A stretch of DNA of 55,434 nt, counting the filler, from Squatina squatina (Eukaryota), in the NCBI GenBank assembly GCA_031763465.1. It is 3 parts of 3 records of this genome, joined end to end, with 100 filler letters (N's around TTAATTAATTAA, not from the genome) between each part and the next. Parts side by side here need not be neighbours in the genome. Positions count along the whole stretch, not along the records: positions 1 to 20,178 come from JARFOE010000080.1; 2 more parts are not named here. The stretch is one strand, 5' to 3'. The notes under the pieces are model-generated. The model was not told where the DNA came from, searched no databases, and was given only the letters and a program-made list of their open reading frames with translations. Every line of letters starts with the position of its first letter. The first letter of the stretch is position 1. Positions 1 to 12,400 of the stretch are shown piece by piece. Made by a program: the position numbers and the translations under genes.

Positions 1-3000
1 CAGAAGTAGTCTCAGAAGACATTAGTGAGCTCAGTTCTGTTGCTTCAGTGACATTATTCGTCCCATAATCAGCTTTATAAGTTGATATTGCATACTTCTG
101 TCTCAGTGTTTAACTGAAATTATACTAATCCTAGCTGCGTATCATTCATTTGTCACTTTATATCCATAACGGCATCTTTGTGAAGGCTGATTAAAAGGGA
201 TACTGACATTTGGTGAATTAACTTGCAAAGCGCTTTGCTGGCTTTGTGTATTAAGGTGAGCACAACTGTGGAATTGGTGACTCGAAAACCCGTGTTACCA
301 ATCACATCTGTGCCTGCACATTGTTAAAGTTGAATCATAAACCGTGGGGAAAATACTTGTGTTGTGAAAGGTCACACTGCAGTAGGTTTAACATCTGCTG
401 CTATGCCAGGTTGCTCTGCTATCCAACTTGGCAGACCTGCAGCTGAGTTTTTAAGAATGGGTCTTCCTGATTGTCGGAAAACAACATCCCTTTAACAACA
501 TCTTCACTGTTATGGAAGAGCTTCAGAAGAGCTCCACCTCAGATCAATCTGTGTGTCAGCACCGCATCATTTATGACTGCTTGGTTTGGCTGTAAATGCC
601 GGGCATGTGGAGCTTTTAGAAATAGAGGCTCGTCTGGTATTTGTGTTATTTTTATTGAGTTATTGTCATTTTGTGGAGCATAAATTGGTTTAAGCTTGAG
701 AGGAAAATAGTTTTTGCTTTTCATTGACCTTGACAGAAAATTGAATACATCTCTACGATACAGGCTGTCCATTTGAACAGCTTAAATACAAAAAGCTCTG
801 AGCTTCTTCAGAAGAATGAAAATNNNNNNNNNNTCTGTGGTCAAAAGTTTTCTCTCAGAGAGCCTATATTATGTTGCCTTGTGACCAAGAATGAAACCAG
901 CTTAAGTCCTATGTGATCCATGTATTATCTTTCCAGCTAATCTCAAACAGGTTTAAGGTTTCTGGGGCTGCCTGCGAATACCGGAGTGAAAAGTTAAACA
1001 TTCTTTCAAATGTAAAACTACTAGAATGAATTGGTGAATAGATTCAGTTAATGTGGGATTTGGATAAGATCCTTCAGCATGTGCTACGGGTAGCAAAGGG
1101 GGAGGACATCATTCGGGAAAGGAACGAGGTNNNNNNNNNNNNNNNNNNAATGAATCTTGCTCTTTAAAATGACAAAGGTCTTTATGACATTATTTAGTTT
1201 AATTTGCTGGAAATTCCTGTTCTCAAATCTAGATGCAATTCTTCAAGTTTGGATGGGGGAAGGGAAGGAAAGTTGAGATCTTCAATCTAGCAGGGAGAAA
1301 GGAACAAAATGTTTGCCAACTGTGTAAACATTGTAATCTGCAGCTGTCCGTGTGACAGTTATCCTCACTAATGCTCCTTTTTGCGCAAATTCCAATGGCA
1401 TTTCTTGATTCTTTATTAAGAGTATTAATCCTCAAAAAAGTCAATGTAATTTTAGACGGTAAAACATTTCAGCCAATACATATTAAGCTCCAGCGTGAAG
1501 AGAGGACAACATTACTGTACTTTCATTTNNNNNNNNNNNNNNNNNNNNNNNNNNNNNNNNNNNNNNNNNNNNNNNNNNNNNNNNNNNNNNNNNNNNNNNN
1601 NNNNNNNNNNNNNNNNNNNNNNNNNNNNCATTGATTGCTGTTCATTGAGAAGCCTGTACTGTCTTGACCTCTTGGCTAGAAAATGATGTACGGTGGTGAG
1701 TGAGCAGACAGCAAGATTTTAAAAGATAAAAGAGAGAATGGCCCTATTCACAATGCAATTAAATTACTGCCATAAAACTCTGGTGACAGAACCAACTTCT
1801 TTATAAGGCTCTCTGATATACCATGACCATGTAACACATTGTTTAGAAGTCCCTTATCAATAGGGAACCCACATAAAGTACTTCCTTAGAAGCGGCTCCA
1901 CCTCACAATGCTCTTTTTGTATGGCTTCTAGAAATAGTGCAATAAAAGAGTTTACTGTACTTGCCGCAATGAAGTTTAATAGTATTCCTAAGGGTCACAC
2001 TCAACACAATTGTTGAGATGAAAGATTGGTCAAATTTTCAAAATGCTCTGAAGCCTCAGTTATTTTTTTCTGATTATTTAAACTGATTTCCCAGGATATA
2101 AATGCATTCACACTGACATTTATTTCACTAAGGTTTCAAAGTCAGTGACAGGACATTGACAATTCAAATGCAACATGAATGGGTTTAATGGGGAGAAAAA
2201 TAACTGGCATAATAGTTAATGACCCTTATTGTGCATTGAAGATAGGCTTCCATCGAAGGAAAAGAGGAGTGGAACTTAGATTTTTAAAGCAAACTATGCA
2301 ACAATATGGTTATGTATCTGAATAGGAAATGGTGTACAATGGCCCAGAACAACACATGCATGATACATGCTTGTTAGACCATGAAGTACATAACCTAATC
2401 CTTATATGTGAGATCAGAATTGGAACCCAACCTTTTTCCTGTTTGTCACCTGCAGTTTCAAAAAAAGAAATAAAGAAAGCAGTTATGTGCTCAGTTCACT
2501 CACTTTCACTACCAGCAATTACCAGCTAGAACATAAGAAAAGTCAAGGTTCATTCTAATTATTCAATGTCGCCAGTATAGAGAAAAGCAAATCGCTGCAA
2601 CTTCATAACCAACACACAAAAATTATTTTGCAAACACTAAAATAAGATAGAACCAAAGAAAGCTTGCAGTCACACATACCTCCACTTCATCCCCTTTAAT
2701 AAACAACTTCATATTATGACATTACCAGCACCATGATAACACCTACCCTGAGTGTTTGACATGCTCCTCCATACTGCTCAATAAGAAGACTGCAATATTG
2801 GACCAAAATGTATTTGCAAGTTTCTTTTTCAAGGTACCACAGAAAACTCATCAAAATATGGAAACAGAATATATAGTTTATGCACAAAGCTTATTTTATT
2901 CATGTAANNNNNNNNNNNNNNNNNNNNNNNNNNNNNNNNNNNNNNNNNNNNNNNNNNNNNNNNNNNNNNNNNNNNNNNNNNNNNNNNNNNNNNNNNNNNN

Positions 3001-4066
3001 NNNNNNNCCTTTATTGAGGGGCACTCATTACTTGGCTGCTCAATATGCCACAGTCTGAAAATCTTTTATTTATTTGAACTGCGGCCACTTCACAATCTCG
3101 ACAAGTTACAAATGGTTCGATGTTGAGTGCTGTCATTTGCGAAGAGATGGATCTTCAACCCAATTCCTCTCATCAGGTTGTCAATGAAAATCAGGAAAAG
3201 GACAGGCAAAGGACTGTACTTGAGGGACTTCAGCATTAATTTGTGCCATGGTTGAAGATTGTCTCAGGGTTAGTTTCTGATGCTGCTGACCTATAATGAA
3301 GGCAAATTAAATCCCAGGAAATGTCCTCCAACAACAACCAATTTCAGATCTGGATTGTATAAATGGTATCACGGATACTGATGACAGTTCAGGTACTATT
3401 TTTCGCACAAAACATGAATCAGTAGCTTCATGAAACATACGAAGTGGGAAGTGGATAAACTAAACAATAAAATGGCATGTGATTGTCTTCATTACAATGG
3501 ATAACTATGGCAAGCCTGGTCAAATCACAGTCGTATTGATTATTTTAATTTAAAAACACGACTGTTTGCCCCCAATCTTCNNNNNNNNNNNNNNNNNNNN
3601 NNNNNNNNNNNNNNNNNNNNNNNNNNNNNNNNNNNNNNNNNNNNNNNNNNNNNNNNNNNNNNNNNNNNNNNNNNNNNNNNTGATTTTAACAGTGACGATC
3701 CCCCCCACCACCGCCCCCCACACCAAGAAATCCAATATGTATACTTATTGTGGATCTATAATGCTAAAATAATCTAAAATGCTACCACAGGGCCAAACAA
3801 TCAGATTTCCAGGGACAGCTAATCAAATTTCCAATGACTTCCTGCTGCTGCATGGAGCAGATTCAGTGATCCAAAGCAGACTGCGGCACAATGAACCAAG
3901 TGTGCTCTGTGTAGTATATTCAATATGGTGAGAGGAGATAAACGACTGTCACAAAAAAATTGTAACTTCTAGTTTTGAAAGCAGTCATGTCATCAATAAA
4001 TAAGAAAAATTAAATCAGATAAGAAGGTCAAATTACAAAAAGCATAATCATTGGCATTGGCACCTT

Positions 4067-4301
4067 GGGGGCTAAATTGGATAGTCCCCGAAAACGGGTG
4101 CATGGATTGCAATGCACAATTAATCCGTGCCCCTTGGCAGCATGCCAACTTCGTGCCGCCAGCTCATTATAATGATTTCTGCGTGCAGTCAACGGTAACC
4201 ACGCTGTTCATTGGCTGCACGCATCAGCAGCGGGCCCAAAATCGTACTTGCTAGCACCTCTTGAAGCTAGCCTGCACCCCTTAAAGGACAGGTGCATTGT
4301 G
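4067..4301 (+). mobile_element. Terminal fragment of a Harbinger-like DNA transposon, truncated by a gap
   Basis: Starts GGGGGCTAAATTGG..GAAAACGGG like the element at 50567 (GTGGGCTAAAAATT..GAAAACAGG). Shares the block gctagcctgcaccccttaaaggacaggtgcat with gcaggctgcatctcttaaagctgaggtgcat near 50690-50721. Confidence 0.55.
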
Positions 4302-7300
4302 NNNNNNNNNNNNNNNNNNNNNNNNNNNNNNNNNNNNNNNNNNNNNNNNNNNNNNNNNNNNNNNNNNNNNNNNNNNNNNNNNNNNNNNNNNNNNNNNNNN
4401 NCGTTCCACTGATTTTTAAGTTATTGAAATCTGTCCTATTTCCACAATATGCACGTGCAAATGACTGCACACAAGTGAAGACTGCATTTCTTTCAGTCTT
4501 TTGCTATAAGTGAAAATCTAACATTAGCAGCTGTGGAGAACAAATGGCATATAAAGGTATTTCAGAGCAGCAAAATACATGATGCTAAAAACCTCAACAG
4601 AGGCTCTGTGCATTGTCTGATTACATTCAGAATAAAATTCAACAGGAGCTGTCTACGTAACTATTTAGTGTACAGTGTACACTATTTCTTCATCTGATTC
4701 TGGTGAATGAGTTTTCACATCTGCAACGTTTTTATCAGCTGCTATGTTTGCCAATAATTCATACTGGATTTTGCAGTACTTGTTACATTCATTGGCAAAA
4801 CAAAAATAACAAATGAATACATTTATACACTTTGCGTTAGGGTAATTATCCTAAATTTGCATCTTTTATTCTTGGCAAGTGTCCGGAATCACTTTGTACA
4901 TCAATGGGGAAAAGTGCTTTCATTGCATGAATGAGATGACAGGCCATTGAGGTTTCAGGCTACAAGTATTGTACCATTTTGACAGGAAAACTTTGCAGAG
5001 TAATTATTTTAACTCAGAGAATGACCAAATGAGAGATGCTGGCTGAAAGGGGGAGGAAAGGACAGGGAGACACTCACATATAAAAATAGACAGAGAAGAG
5101 AGTGAGGGAAAGATAAGAGTTTGACTGACCATGTGAAAGTCAGAAAAACAGAAGGATGGACACAGGGGCCCTGATATTTACTTGGGGGTCAGGAAGAGAG
5201 TGGGGCCGGAGAAGGATTTTCAGATGGGAAGCCCAGAGGTCTAGGTTTCCCTGATATCCNNNNNNNNNNNNNNNNNNNNNNNNNNNNNNNNNNNNNNNNN
5301 NNNNNNNNNNNNNNNNNNNNNNNNNNNNNNNNNNNNNNNNNNNNNNNNNNNNNNNNNNNTTATGTAACAGTAATGCCAAATAATCCATCACAGCAGTAAA
5401 CTTATGTTTATTATTTACTGTATTAATCTTGCAATATTAAAGGTCCCCTTTATACAAACAGATACATTATCATTAGAGTTGTTAAAAAAAGACAGGTCAG
5501 AGCCTTTTTGTTATCCAAATTGTTGTGATAAAGGTCTAACCAACACTTCAACTGCACCTGTCACTTTGTTTCAAAGCCCAGAATATTTTTTCCTCAGCTT
5601 CAGTACATCCAATTAAGACAGAACTACAAGCCAAGCAGGTGTAAAGTGCAAGCTGGCGCTTGTTCACATTTGCAATTATCAACAGAAAAACACATAAGTG
5701 GAGACACATGGCACAACAGTTGCCATAGGAACCATAAGCACCCAGGCTCTCTGCACATTTTAACATGACAGTTTGACATCTCCTCCTATGAAAAGATGAT
5801 TTGTGTGCTTGCCCTATCTGTGTACTTCTTATTTAATGCTGCTGGGAGAAGCAGCATTGGGCCTTTAGCTCACTGTCTCATAAGCACAGATGTAGGTACT
5901 AAGACGCGTTTGTTCTCCTGACAACTAACGCTCAGCTAAGTTTTGTAATTGACAGCAGAGGTTTCTACACTTAGGTGACAAATGTCACTTGTGTTCATCA
6001 ATACCAACCAAAACCTTGTTGTACATTTTATCGATTTCGGTGTCTGAAGGGGCTGAGACAAGGAAAGCAGAATTATTCAAACAGAAACATGTAATCTTTT
6101 TAACTTCTGATTTTTATTAGAATTTGAAAGAAAACTCAATTAGAATAAAATTTGACTTTAAAAAATATATAATTTTTAATGGTTTAGATCNNNNNNNNNN
6201 NNNNNNNNNNNNNNNNNNNNNNNNNNNNNNNNNNNNNNNNNNNNNNNNNNNNNNNNNNNNNNNNNNNNNNNNNNNNNNNNNNNNNNNNNNGGCTGACTGG
6301 CCTGTTTCTGTGCTGTATTTCCTAGGTAATCCGAGGTAATCCTTGGGAAGGTGCTGTTGACATTTGTAGATTATACCAAAATAGGAGGCACCCAGCTCTT
6401 TTTTCAAATACAAAATGTAGCTCCTGCTAATCAAAAGCTGAGGGTGAGTGGATTGTGGAAAAGTGATCATGGGCACTGTATTTTGCCAGAGTAACCTTGC
6501 TGTCCGGACTTAAATACACTGCAGAATCTGTCCTTAGCTCAAAGTGACAGCCTGGCATTTAGCACGATTGTGATGGATGTGGTCATACCCTTCACATTGT
6601 TGTTGTAATCTTCCATTTTCCTATTACAGTTCATTTTTGTAATTTAAACTCCCGATCCATCTTCCTTTGCTGAGCCTTCACAGTAGAAAATCGGTTCTTT
6701 AGAAAGCAGGAAATTTAAGCCTCAGTTACTTGTACTTTTAACAAAAATATGAAATAAATAAATTATTTTGATGGCTTGTTTCATGTAACTGCAGGTTTCT
6801 AACCAGTATTACTAACTACTAATCCATAATACCAGCTGCCTTGTTGCTTCATTCAGTGTGCTGTCATGATTTAACTCATTTCATTTGTCCTTCTCCCTCC
6901 CTCCTTTCTCGTGTTGATGCATCGTGCTGTTCCTAATCTATTTCTGGATAATTGAAATCACCTGTAGCAATTATCGGTCCTTTTCTTGTAGTGTGACTTA
7001 ATTGCACAAGCACTTCAAATTCTGCCTGTTCCTCCATGGTGGTCTATAATGCTTTTTGCTGATTATTATCTTCCTGTGATTATCACAAATCCCCCAAATT
7101 AATTCAGACCACTTGCAGAATAAATATCTAGCTTCTGTTCAGCAGCTCTTTCCGCCCATTATCGCCCACTCCATTTTCATTCCCATCTTCAAGGTTGTGC
7201 AGGTCATCTGATCATCTCCAAAAAACAGAAGTGGTTGAGTTGAACTCAGATCGAAGTCTGTAATTTTCTTTGTAACATTGCTGATTTATTTTAATTCACT

Positions 7301-7846
7301 TAAACAAAAAAAATGAATCTGCTACAAATGGCCTTTTGTAGGCAGCCCCATTTCCACAGCAGCACTGGCCTGATATTCACTCAGATCGTTCCTAATGGCA
7401 GTCCCCATTTTTCTGATGGAATTTTGCAAAGGAAATGCATTTGATACATTCTTAATTTTCATTTTACTCAAGCTTCAGGATCACTATCCCCCCTGACCTT
7501 CCCCTCTCTGATTCTGAACGATCAGTCCTCAGCAAAGGTCTGAGCTTCATCCCCTNNNNNNNNNNNNNNNNNNNNNNNNNNNNNNNNNNNNNNNNNNNNN
7601 NNNNNNNNNNNNNNNNNNNNNNNNNNNNNNNNNNNNNNNNNNNNNNNNNNNNNNNGCTTTCTTTCACAAGATTTAGTGATAACTGTAACCAGTGATACAG
7701 CAACAAACAAAATCCTTCAACTTCTGTGGCATGTCACTGGATAGGATGGTTTCAAACTACACAGCAAATATAGTAGACATCTTGCATTATCAGCCTTTAA
7801 AGGTGAATGAATGTATGACCACAGAGATGTGAAGCACGGTCATAAC

Positions 7847-8006
7847 CAATGGTCCCTTTAATATTTTTTGGGTGCACTTTGAGGCCCCTTTAAGGGGCTG
7901 CGCGACCCTTTCAAAATTTTGCGCACGTGTGCTTTTTCCCATTTAAAAGCTGATGAGCCCGCTGTGCCGGAGCTCCAGAACATTGTGCGGTTTAAAGGGA
8001 AAATTA
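7847..8006. mobile_element. Short MITE with degenerate terminal inverted repeats (hAT-like)
   Basis: Left end caatggtccctttaa versus right end ttaaagggaaaatt; GC-richer interior than the flanks. No clear target-site duplication. Confidence 0.45.
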
Positions 8007-10283
8007 AATAGAACTATTTTACAGCTCTAGGTATGGGCCTTAATTGCAAATAAACATTGCTTGGTGAACCCTAATATAGATTTTGAAATTATAGCCTAAC
8101 AGATTGCAGTAAAGCAAATATCTGCCAGTTTTTAGACTTCAAGTTAAGCCTGGATTTGCTGTGATAAAAGTGTCAACTATGAGTGAGCAGACTTCAAACC
8201 AAGCACAATTGAACAAAGACTACAAAGGTACACCATGGGTTCTCCTAAGGGCACATATTTTCTAGAAATTTGTTGAACCCTTGAAATGGTTAAATCTATA
8301 TCCTCCACGGCAATTCATACCAAGCGAAGAATTAGTTTATCCATATGGTGCTGTTCATCTGAAATTTTGGAAGCAGAAACGCCCCTTCAGGGCTTGCACT
8401 AAATGACTTCTGCAGTGTGCAATCACTGGAAAAAAATAAACATTGATAACCATTATCTAATATAGGCTACCAATAATCCCACCACATCTGTCTGCTTTCT
8501 CGGTGAGATTTAACACAGGTGAGTAAGCAGAATTCCTTCATCTCATCTTTTAATGGTAAAATTTACTGCTGCTGAAGATTGATTCCTGTCTTCTGCCAAC
8601 ACTATTGCCTCATTTTGTATCTAAAATTGAATCATGCTTTCAATTAATTTTCTTGATTTTGCAAAGCTTCTCATTCACCATGCTCTCCTGACAACTGTGC
8701 TTCATGACCATCAAGGCATTGAATGAAACAACTAAAGGTTTTGTGTTTAATGCCATTTTTTTATTTTGACATATTTAGAATCTTAAAGGTTACATTATCC
8801 AATGAAGAATAATAGCCATGTGATCGAGGTTTGTGAAATCAGGCTAACCAGCACAGTACAAGAACAAGGAATGAATGAAGAGGATGTTGTAACGGAGAGA
8901 AGCTATAATGAACAGCACCCATTAGGAAACAGGTTCACTGAGATGATGAGAAATTGGGGATGCAAGAGCTCTATTATTAAAAATATATTCTGACACATAA
9001 AAGCATATAACCCATCAATAATTAACCAGGATAAACTGGCCTCACGTATCTGCAGTCCTGCACGAAAGAACTTGTTTCCATGGAGCATACAATTGAATCA
9101 GTGATAAAATGAAATGGGGAATCTTACAAAATTAGTTAAACATGATCAGTGTAATATTTTCAGTAAGATATAAAATGCAGCGACTTAATTAACTCAAAAA
9201 TAATCACTATCAAACATGTATTTTCTTTGTTGACTGAATTGTAAGAGCATCCATTGTGAAATATTTTAGGAACAAACAATTGCACTTCCATTAGGACCCT
9301 TAGGGGCATGCACAAAAATGAGTGGAAAAGAGAGAAGTTGGAGAGAACTGCAGGGAGAGTTGGAGGAAGAGAAAGCCCCTTCAAACGTTGGCCTTGCTTC
9401 TTTAGCTTCACACCTGCAGGAGTATAACTGCAATGGAAGCAAAAGCAGTTTTTAAATTTAATATTTTGTTTTTTTATTAATTAAGAGCTTATTGCTCCAC
9501 CAGCTTCTCTCAATCAGAAGCAGTACCTCAAATGGAGACTGGTAAGTATCATGTGGTGTCTCTGTTGGAGAGCATACAGATGCTCTGCCTTTCCTCTACT
9601 CTTGTGGGTGGTGCAGCTGCAGTTCCCTACTCACACCGCTGCTAAAATATTCAATACTGCATCAATCAGTGTGTATAAATACAACATGAATTAGTCATAC
9701 ACAGATAAAGCCTAATGGGATAAAACCAAGAGTTCAGGATAAATGTGGCTTCAATTAATACATTAAAGAATATGCCAGATCATATACTCTTACTGTGCTA
9801 TTAAAATCTCTTGTTTAACACCACAAGATGCCTCTTCTAAAATCAAGACAATTGATAGTCCAGACAGATGAACATAAGAGTGTTGTGCATTATGTTGGAT
9901 TTTGTGCAGGAAAAAACAGTTGCAGTGTTGCCCCTGACGAGAGTGAATTAATGTTCCAATTAACTTTTTTCTATTCCATCTACATCTGGGGAAGAGGTTA
10001 TGACTGTAAGAGCAACATTTGGAATAAATCTCCTTAAAGTAGTTTAATTTGGATACTACAAGATTAACAATAGGATATCTTAAATATTCACTATTATGCA
10101 TGTAAAGAATTGTACAGCAATTTGAAGTTAACCTGTTCAAATGTACAATGCCCACTAGAAAAGAAATTGAAAGTTAATTTGCATGAATGTCTTGTCTGAA
10201 TTCTAATGTCCCCTCCTATATATCGTAAACATCAATGTTTTATGGCACTGTTACCATGGTTTTATTGTAAGGACCTTACAATG

Positions 10284-10568
10284 CAGTCATGCCAACCCTA
10301 CCTTGTAAGTCATGAGACAAACTCTTAAAAATCATGACATTTGGTAAGAAATCATGAGTTGGCTTCTTTTGGTTTATAAACCTCATTAGTGGCTTTATTT
10401 AATCTCTAACAGGTCACAGCTCTTTACAAAAATGAATTTACTGTGTCTGAAAATGCTTTGCAAAACACCTATTTAAAATACTACCCACTATCAAAACCAT
10501 TTGAGCTGGGGGAAATTTCTATTAAAGTTGTGCATCTCGCGATTAATTCATGAGAGTTGGCATTACTG
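10284..10568. mobile_element. MITE with ~16-bp terminal inverted repeats (hAT-like)
   Basis: Left end cagtcatgccaaccct; the right end reads cagtaatgccaactct on the reverse strand (14/16 match). A second diverged copy of the right end lies at ~11375-11432. Confidence 0.5.
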
Positions 10569-10807
10569 ATGAAGCATTACCAAATGGAGCTTGGAGAGTG
10601 GCACCAGGTCCAGTGTGCACTGGAGTATGGAGGTGTCACTGAATTGTTTTGGCACAATTCCATGTCCAATGAAGCCCAGCGGTTTCCCAATCTCGCCCAT
10701 AGTACCGGATGCAGAGGGAGGGAGAGACAGGGAGCGAGAAAGAACAAGGGAGAGCGGACCCCCATCCCCAGCGAAAGCTGGGCTGAGAGAGGATAGTTCT
10801 AGTTCAC

Positions 10808-10962
10808 TGGGGATAGATTTTTGATTTTGTGCAATGGTGTAAAACAGGTGACAGCAAGTCTCCCATTGACTTCAATGTAAATAAAAATGGGGTGATATGG
10901 GGGTTGGTTGGATTTAAATCTGAAGCTGTTTTTGGTGCAGTGGCGCGGTTCAAAATTCTTGC
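10808..10962. mobile_element. Palindromic MITE with central CCATTGACTTCAATG motif
   Basis: Degenerate inverted arms (gattttgattttgtgcaatggtgtaaaacag / ctgtttttggtgcagtggcgcggttcaaaatt); same core as the element at 14643-14860. Confidence 0.5.
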
Positions 10963-11939
10963 TTTGCTCCAACAGAGTGACTCCATGCCCAGCCCACAAT
11001 GGTGAGAGGCCGGTCCCACCCTGAAGTTGAAACCGAGCCCCGTGTGATGGTGCCTGTCATCATCACCGCCAGTGCTGACCAGATCAGGGGGCTTTCAGGA
11101 GAAGTGGGGCAAGGGCCCGAGCACACCTCAGCCCATAAGGGTTTTAAAGTGAATAAAAGTCCACCAGTAAAGTGAATAAAAACCCTAGGCCCGCCCACCT
11201 AGCAGCAGTTTCAAGGGCCCCATCCCCCGACTTTCAAAATTGCTGGGCACATTCATGGCTTGGAAGAGGCTGAAGTCACTGAATATGACATCACGTCATT
11301 AAACTGGAACTGTGCAGGCCCAAGAAATTCTGAAGGAAAATCATGACTTTTTAACATGAGTTTGCAAACTGCGGCAAATTTTAAATTAAAAATCGCGTGT
11401 CTCACTATTAATTTGAGAGAGTTGGTATTACTCTGTTGGTACCAACCTGTGCACCATCCAAGCCTAATGAGTCACCATCATGTCCAAAGATGTCATGCTG
11501 GCCCACCGCACCCGCAGAGAGCGGGTCTAAACCCAGCTTAAGCAGCAAATGGAACAACGGCTCTTTTAAGAACCACCAAATCAGCAAGTGAAAGAGTTGC
11601 CATCTCCAGAAACCAAAAGATTTTTGTTGGTCATTAACCCATTATATTGTATGTACAGGAAAATAACTTTACTTAAAGCGATGCAGGGTGGATATCTTAT
11701 CTAGAAATCATAAACCAACAGTGCCGGAGGGTCATTGCTGCTCAGTAGAATCTCCGTGTCTGATGCATTAGCTGGGATTGGTGACAGTAAATAGTACCCA
11801 GTATTAGTTGAAAGGAATTAATGGACCCAGCTCTGTTCTCATGAGGGTTATTTAGAAACATCAGCTAATGAGACGTCTAATATTTCAATAGACTGAAATC
11901 AGTTCACAGGATACCAAACACATCTCCGTTGCTCTGACT

Positions 11940-12400
11940 CTAACCGCAAGTTCCCCGAGTCATACGCCCTTGCGCTATCGGGGGGGAGAATCCCCGATTC
12001 TATACTGCCAGTCTGGTAGGCAACTTTGTGTCCGNNNNNNNNNNNNNNNNNNNNNNNNNNNNNNNNNNNNNNNNNNNNNNNNNNNNNNNNNNNNNNNNNN
12101 NNNNNNNNNNNNNNNNNNNNNNNNNNNNNNNNNNAAGCTCAGTAAAAGTCTTTCCACCTCCTCTCAGGCACTAACCGTCGCATCAAATTCAACATTCAGC
12201 CTTGGTCAGCAGGCAGTAGCTTCCCTCGCCACAATCCTCATTTACCGTCTGGATAATATCCCAAGCTCGTATCCCCTTATCCTCACACTGAACCACCACC
12301 GTGTTTTCTTTTCCAAACCTTCTTGGGTCTTGGCCCAAACCTTTGGGCCTTTTATTCTTCCTTCCACCAACATTTGCTCCCCTGACTAAATTCATCCTGG
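11940..12400 (-). mobile_element. Decayed Tx1/L1-clade ORF1 (ZCCHC3-like gag) fragment
   Basis: Minus strand with a frameshift and stops: ..ENTVVVQCEDKGIRAWDIIQTVNEDCGEGS/AC*PRLNVEFDATVSA*EEVERLL.., then GHKVAY after the gap. Resembles Tx1-type ORF1 N-termini (recalled pattern only). Confidence 0.4.

Noticed and set aside
3060-9110. Short protein-looking plus-strand frames (~3110-3240 and 8802-8993)
   Set aside because: No splice context or recognisable domain, and the lengths are compatible with chance.
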